Shown one piece after another: positions 59,080-64,000 of a stretch of 64,000 nucleotides of DNA. This DNA comes from Candidatus Omnitrophota bacterium (GTDB taxonomy: Bacteria > Omnitrophota > Gorgyraeia > Gygaellales > Profunditerraquicolaceae): the NCBI GenBank assembly GCA_041651035.1, contig JBAZKC010000003.1:133153-197152 (forward strand), read 5' to 3'. The notes below the pieces were generated by a model that saw only the letters and a list, made by a program, of their open reading frames with translations, was not told where the DNA came from and did no database searches. Position 1 is the first letter of the stretch; every line of letters begins with the position of its first letter. A program made the position numbers and the translations under genes.

Positions 59080-59853
59080 GTGTTTAAATTCAAAAAGAAG
59101 AATCTGATATTTTTTGTTATAGTTTGTTCCTTCCTGTTGCTTGTTTCCTCTTTAACCGCTTACCTTAGCCCGCCATTCCAGAGCGTATTAAAATATCCTT
59201 TAAGCCTGATGACGTTTATCCGCCGCGAGTCAGGCGCGATCATTTTCTATCACCGCAATTTTACTCAAAATGAGAAGCTCAGGCAGTATGTAGATTTCTT
59301 AAAGAGCAGGCTTAATGCCAAAGATGAGGTTTTTCTTGAGAACGCGCGCCTCAAAAGCACTCTTTATTTTAAACAAAAATCCCCGCGCAAGTTAATCGCC
59401 GCCAGGGTTATTGCCCGCTCACCCGACAGCTGGTCTTCCAGTGTTATCATTGACAAAGGCAGGCACAACGGCATAAAGCGCGGGATGGCCGTTATTACCT
59501 ATCTGGGCCTTATAGGCCGCGTTATAGAGGCCCAGGATTTTACAAGCAGGATCTTGCTTATCAATGACCCGAACCTCGGCATCTCAGGTATAGTCCAGCG
59601 CAGCCGCCAGGAAGGCCTGGTTTCCGGTACGCTGGGGAATTATTTGATCATGAAATACCTGCCTGAAGAATCCGATATAAAAGAGCAGGATGTGGTGGTT
59701 ACCTCCGGTTTAAATCAAACATATCCTAAGGGCCTGCTTATCGGCACAGTGGTCGGTATCGACAAAGAATTTTCCGGCCTGGGGCGTTTCGCGATAATAA
59801 AACCCGCGGTTAACCTGTCTAATATTGAAGAAGTCCTCATAATTATCTCATGA
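59080..59853 (+). CDS. mreC: Rod-shape-determining protein MreC
   Basis: N-terminal TM plus coiled-coil, C-terminal beta-barrel domains; operon position. Confidence 0.8.
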   Translation: MFKFKKKNLIFFVIVCSFLLLVSSLTAYLSPPFQSVLKYPLSLMTFIRRESGAIIFYHRNFTQNEKLRQYVDFLKSRLNAKDEVFLENARLKSTLYFKQKSPRKLIAARVIARSPDSWSSSVIIDKGRHNGIKRGMAVITYLGLIGRVIEAQDFTSRILLINDPNLGISGIVQRSRQEGLVSGTLGNYLIMKYLPEESDIKEQDVVVTSGLNQTYPKGLLIGTVVGIDKEFSGLGRFAIIKPAVNLSNIEEVLIIIS

Positions 59854-60338
59854 TAAACTGCGTTTTTTTCCTTGCCATAGTTATCCTGGGCATACTGCAG
59901 ATGACGGTCCTGGATTCTTTTAAAGTATTTGGCGTTAAGCCGGACCTCCTTTTAGCCGGCGTATGTTTTACGAGCTTGGCGCTTAAATTCAGGTGGGCTT
60001 TTATTTTAAGCGCGTTTGCCGGGATATTTAAAGATGCCTTAGGCTCCAGTGTCCCAGGCATAAACACCTTATTATTCCCGCTGTGGAGTTTTCTGATCGT
60101 CAGGTTAAACAGGGAAATGAGCATAGAAGAACATGACCTTATACGCGCCGCCCTGGTATTTATTATCGCCGTCCTGCATAATACAATTACCGGCTTGATA
60201 TTGGTTTATCTGGGGGGAGTGGTCCCGCTGGGATCATTTTTGCGCATCGTTTTTATCCAGTCTATATATACGGCGCTTATTGTTCCGCTGTTGTTTAAAG
60301 TTTACGCGATGTCCCGCTCGCGCTTTCAGAGTTCGTAA
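59850..60338 (+). CDS. mreD: Rod-shape-determining protein MreD
   Basis: Small polytopic hydrophobic protein immediately after mreC, 4-nt overlap. Confidence 0.65.
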   Translation: MINCVFFLAIVILGILQMTVLDSFKVFGVKPDLLLAGVCFTSLALKFRWAFILSAFAGIFKDALGSSVPGINTLLFPLWSFLIVRLNREMSIEEHDLIRAALVFIIAVLHNTITGLILVYLGGVVPLGSFLRIVFIQSIYTALIVPLLFKVYAMSRSRFQSS

Positions 60339-60356
60339 GTTACGCGTTCATTTAAT

Positions 60357-62072
60357 ATGGATAGGACAAGGATAGTTAATTTATTAATAATTTCTATGTT
60401 CTTATTCTTAGGGCTGGCCTTGTTTAATTTAGAGGTTATACAAGGCAGGGCTTATAGAGACTTAAGTAATAAGAACTGCATAAGATTATTGCCCCAGAGC
60501 GGGGCCCGCGGCAAGATCCTTGACCGCGACGGCAATGTCTTAGTGGACAGCAGGCTTTCTTATGACGCGATGATCCTGCCCAGGGAATTAAATCAACCGG
60601 ATAAGTCCTGGATGGCCATAGCCGGGATATTGGGTAAGGACCCCGCGGACATAAAGAGGATATTTAAACGCGGCTATATCCTGCCGTCACTGCCTATTAC
60701 TATTGCCAGGAACATAGATATAAAGAAGGCCATTGCTTTAGAAGAACTGAAAAGCGACGTCCCGGGTATAATCATACAGCCTAAACCGGTAAGGCACTAT
60801 CCTTACGGCAGGCTTGCTTCTCACGTGATAGGTTATGTCGGCGAGATCGACCGTTGGCGCCTGACAAAGTTAGAGGATTACGGCTATAAGACAAAGGATA
60901 TCGTCGGCTTTGGCGGCGTAGAGGAGAAGTATGATTATTATTTGCGGCAGGAAGAAGGAGGGGTATCGGTTGAGGTAGACCATCGGGGCAGGTTTGTGCG
61001 CTTGTTGGGATTCGAGCCGCCGCGTAACGGCAAAGACCTGCGATTGACCTTGAACTTAAAGATCCAAAAGATAGCGGATGATGCGCTCGCGGGTAGAAAG
61101 GGCTGTGTTATAATTATGGACTCTAATTCAGGAGAGATCATCGCTATGTCCAGCTTTCCGAATTTTAACCCCGTGGTATTCGTGGACAAATCAAATACAT
61201 CTATCGCCAGCCTTTTTAATAATCCTGAAGCGCCGTTAATAAACCGCGCTATCAGCGCCGGTTATCCGGCTGCTTCAGTATTTAAAGTGATAGTGGCGGC
61301 CGCAGCACTGGAAACAAAAAAAATAAATTTGTCTACGACTTTTCTTTGCCAGGGTGGCACGCTGATCGGAAAACGGCAATTTGCCTGCTGGAGCACGCAC
61401 GGCCGGCAGAATTTAATTGAGGCGATCATACATTCTTGCGACGTTTTCTTTTACAGGACAGGGCTTTCAGTCGGCGCTCAAACTATATATGATTACGCCC
61501 TTAAGTTCGGCTTAGCAAAATCCACTTCTTTTGAATTGCCTTATGAAACCGACGGTTTTATTCCCTCGCCGTTATGGAGGAGGCTTAATAAATTCAAGAG
61601 TTGGTTTGACGGGGATACCGCGAATTTAAGCATCGGGCAGGGAGATGTCCTGGTTACTCCGCTGCAGGTGACGCGCATGATGGCGGTATTTGCCAACAAA
61701 GGTTACCTGGTGACTCCGTATATAGTCAAAGCTATAGATGGCCAGGATGTTTCTGCTGCCAAGAGAAAGGCAGTGCGTGTCCCTCTAAAAGCCGGCACCA
61801 TAGATCATATCAGGCAGGGTTTAAGGGGTGTTGTTTCAAGCCCCACGGGCACCGGTAACGTATTATCTGATCTGGGTGTTGCTGTAGCGGGTAAGACCGG
61901 CACTGCCCAGGCCCCGCCCGGACAGTCGCATGCGTGGTTCGCGGGTTTTTTCCCTTTTAAGGACCCGAAATTTGTCATCTGCGTATTTCTGGAACGGGGC
62001 GGGCCGGGGCACGCGGCTTGCGTATTGGCAAAACAAATAATAGCGGCTTTAATTTCCGAGGGGTTAATGTGA
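60357..62072 (+). CDS. mrdA: Peptidoglycan D,D-transpeptidase MrdA (PBP2)
   Basis: SxxK (SVFK), SxN, KTG (KTGTAQ); position between mreD and rodA. Confidence 0.9.
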   Translation: MDRTRIVNLLIISMFLFLGLALFNLEVIQGRAYRDLSNKNCIRLLPQSGARGKILDRDGNVLVDSRLSYDAMILPRELNQPDKSWMAIAGILGKDPADIKRIFKRGYILPSLPITIARNIDIKKAIALEELKSDVPGIIIQPKPVRHYPYGRLASHVIGYVGEIDRWRLTKLEDYGYKTKDIVGFGGVEEKYDYYLRQEEGGVSVEVDHRGRFVRLLGFEPPRNGKDLRLTLNLKIQKIADDALAGRKGCVIIMDSNSGEIIAMSSFPNFNPVVFVDKSNTSIASLFNNPEAPLINRAISAGYPAASVFKVIVAAAALETKKINLSTTFLCQGGTLIGKRQFACWSTHGRQNLIEAIIHSCDVFFYRTGLSVGAQTIYDYALKFGLAKSTSFELPYETDGFIPSPLWRRLNKFKSWFDGDTANLSIGQGDVLVTPLQVTRMMAVFANKGYLVTPYIVKAIDGQDVSAAKRKAVRVPLKAGTIDHIRQGLRGVVSSPTGTGNVLSDLGVAVAGKTGTAQAPPGQSHAWFAGFFPFKDPKFVICVFLERGGPGHAACVLAKQIIAALISEGLM

Positions 62073-63172
62073 GAGGCTCTAATATTACTATATTGATAAT
62101 CGCTGTCTTGATCGCTTCCCTGGGCGTTCTATCCATATACAGCAGCACTTATCAAAAAGAAGGCAAGCTCTGGCAGGAGATTTATAAGCGCCAGATGCTT
62201 TGGATATTCCTGGGGTTGGTATTCTTTTTGTTCGTATCTAATTTGAGCTATCGCTGGCTTTGGGACTGGACGTATTTTTTGTATGCCCTGGCGCTGGTTT
62301 TTTTATTTATGGTGTTTATCTTAGGGATCACGCGCCTGGGGGCCCAGCGCTGGTTAAGGCTGTCCTGGTTTAATTTCCAGCCTTCGGAGCTGGCGAAATT
62401 GATTTTAGTAATATTTCTGTCCAGGTATTTTAGCAGAAAGTCGGCTAACGCTATTTCTTTAGTCTCGCATAAGTCCGGGTTTTTAGAAGGACTGATCCTG
62501 CCTTTTCTATTCATAGCCGTTCCCATGGGCTTGATCGCCGAACAGCCTGACCTGGGGAGCGCTATGATGATATTATTTTTGTTCATAGCTTTTATTTATC
62601 TTGTCCAGCTTAGGCCGCTGTATATTTCTATATTTTTGCTGTCTATCGCTTCCTGCTTTCCTTTCTTATGGCATATGCTGCGGGGTTATCAGAAAGACAG
62701 GCTGCTTGTTTTTTTAAATCCCAATATAGACCCCCTGGGAGCAGGTTATACAGTTATACAATCAAAGATCGCTATTGGTTCAGGGGGATTCTGGGGCAAA
62801 GGGTGGCTTGCCGGAACGCAGAGCCAGCTGCATTTCTTGCCCGAATCCCATACGGATTTCATATTCGCTACTTTTGCCGAAGAATGGGGCCTGCTGGGAA
62901 GTGCTGTGCTGCTGCTTTTGTATTATTTTCTCATCCGGCAGGGTTTCTTGATCGCGCAGAGGACCAATGATTCTTTTGGCAAATCACTGGCATTCGGTAT
63001 ATCCCTGATGTTAGGCATCCAGGTCTTTGTCAATATTGCCATGAATTTAGGGCTTGCCCCGATCGTGGGGCTGCCTTTGCCTCTTATGAGTTACGGCGGT
63101 TCATCGGTTATTGTAACATTCCTGGCACTGGGGATACTGGCGAATATCGCCAAAGAGAGGGCGGTGTTTTAA
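62069..63172 (+). CDS. rodA: Peptidoglycan glycosyltransferase RodA (SEDS family). Probable GTG start at 62069 overlapping the mrdA stop (ATGTGA); the ORF-track start at 62018 lies inside mrdA.
   Basis: SEDS polytopic protein; conserved C-terminal blocks shared with FtsW. Confidence 0.85.
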   Translation: MRGSNITILIIAVLIASLGVLSIYSSTYQKEGKLWQEIYKRQMLWIFLGLVFFLFVSNLSYRWLWDWTYFLYALALVFLFMVFILGITRLGAQRWLRLSWFNFQPSELAKLILVIFLSRYFSRKSANAISLVSHKSGFLEGLILPFLFIAVPMGLIAEQPDLGSAMMILFLFIAFIYLVQLRPLYISIFLLSIASCFPFLWHMLRGYQKDRLLVFLNPNIDPLGAGYTVIQSKIAIGSGGFWGKGWLAGTQSQLHFLPESHTDFIFATFAEEWGLLGSAVLLLLYYFLIRQGFLIAQRTNDSFGKSLAFGISLMLGIQVFVNIAMNLGLAPIVGLPLPLMSYGGSSVIVTFLALGILANIAKERAVF

Positions 63173-63173
63173 T

Positions 63174-64000
63174 ATGCTACCAGATGATTTATTATCAGGA
63201 GTGCAAAAACCCGGCCGCTATATCGGCAGGGAATGGAACGCCTCCAGGAAAGATTTCCAGAAAGCCAGTATAAAATTTGCCTTATGTTTCCCCGACCTAT
63301 ACGAAGTGGGGATGAGCAATTTAGGCATGAGGATCATTTACGGCATCCTGAATAATATTGAAGATGTCTCCTGCGAGAGATTTTTTTCGCCCGAGACAGA
63401 TATGGAAAGAGTGCTTACGGATAATCGCGTAGAGATCTTCTCTTTGGAGACGAGGAAGAACCTTAAGGAATTCGATATTGCCGGATTTTCTTTAGCCTCT
63501 GAATTAAATTATACCAATGTATTAAATATCCTTAAGCTGGGGGGTATTCCTCTTAAGGCTTCTTTACGGGACCATACCCATCCTTTGATCATAGCAGGAG
63601 GCCCCTGCGTGTTAAATCCGGAGCCTATGCATGAGTTTTTTGATTTGTTTGTCATCGGTGAATCCGAAGACCTGCTCTTGGAGCTTATGGATGTTTACCG
63701 GAAACACGGACGGGACTACAGGTCGGCTAAGATCACTAAACAGGATTTCCTGGTTTTGCTTTCCGGGATCGAGGGAATATACGTGCCTTCGTTGTATGAA
63801 GTAACCTATAACTCCTCCGGGGAGATAGAAGAATTTAAACCAAAGATCAAAGGCATTCCGGCTAAGATCAAGAAACGTTTCCTAAAGGACTTAGATTCCG
63901 GTTTCTTTCCTTCGGATTGGATGGTGCCGTATATTCAAATAATCCATGACCGGGTTAATCTGGAGATCATGCGGGGCTGCCCGAACAGGTGCCGTTTTTG
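63174..64000 (+). CDS. Radical SAM protein with a long N-terminal (B12-binding-like) domain; partial, continues beyond the window end
   Basis: Frame open from the ATG at 63174 to the window end; CxxxCxxC begins at the last bases (CPNRCRF...); absent from the ORF track because no stop is reached. Confidence 0.55.
   Translation, partial: MLPDDLLSGVQKPGRYIGREWNASRKDFQKASIKFALCFPDLYEVGMSNLGMRIIYGILNNIEDVSCERFFSPETDMERVLTDNRVEIFSLETRKNLKEFDIAGFSLASELNYTNVLNILKLGGIPLKASLRDHTHPLIIAGGPCVLNPEPMHEFFDLFVIGESEDLLLELMDVYRKHGRDYRSAKITKQDFLVLLSGIEGIYVPSLYEVTYNSSGEIEEFKPKIKGIPAKIKKRFLKDLDSGFFPSDWMVPYIQIIHDRVNLEIMRGCPNRCRF

Noticed and set aside
1-64000. Search for CRISPR arrays, transposases/IS ends, integrases flanking islands, toxin-antitoxin pairs or defence-system gene clusters
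   Set aside because: - No spacer-repeat arrays were found.
- The only recombinase is a chromosomal XerC/D-type with a housekeeping context.
- The only repeats are the three palindromic intergenic elements.
- Gene content is core housekeeping throughout.

Overview
This window is a 64 kb stretch of bacterial chromosome at roughly 40-45% GC. It is densely coded, almost entirely on the + strand, and consists of housekeeping genes. I cannot assign a phylum from the sequence alone.

Gene content, in order:
- a 3' fragment of recJ, convergent rpmB (L28), and an AddA/AddB-like helicase-nuclease pair;
- an AsmA/DUF748-like membrane protein and arfB;
- rpsO-pnp, ftsK, a rodZ-like gene, rimO, pgsA, pgpA, thpR (minus strand) and a CinA-C/PncC-like gene (minus strand);
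- a riboflavin operon behind a clear FMN riboswitch: ribBA-ribH-nusB-PHP(TrpH-like)-ribD-ribE;
- tRNA-Pro(CGG), acyP, ligA, a lipoprotein, an MBL hydrolase, xerD, a CCA/poly(A)-polymerase family enzyme, rbfA-nrnA-ribF;
- a complete dcw cluster: mraZ-rsmH-ftsL-ftsI-murE-murF-mraY-murD-ftsW-murG-[secreted HExxH peptidase]-murC-murB-ddl-ftsQ-ftsA, with no ftsZ following ftsA;
- yggS-proC-mtnP-ileS-dksA-like-lspA-lgt-rluD, a coiled-coil membrane protein, aroA, mreB-mreC-mreD-mrdA-rodA, and the start of a radical-SAM gene that runs off the window.

There is no CRISPR array, transposase, integrase-bounded island, toxin-antitoxin pair or recognisable defence system. I do not see a convincing wholly novel system.

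The most notable sequence-level observations are:
1. a roughly 70-bp imperfect-palindromic intergenic repeat present in three copies, one of them expanded and sitting exactly where ftsZ would be expected;
2. the FMN riboswitch with promoter and terminator;
3. a PHP-family phosphoesterase translationally embedded in the rib operon;
4. an MraZ operator (3 x AAAGTGG at 10-bp period);
5. a secreted gluzincin-like peptidase inserted between murG and murC;
6. a perfect 20-bp palindrome in the mreB leader.
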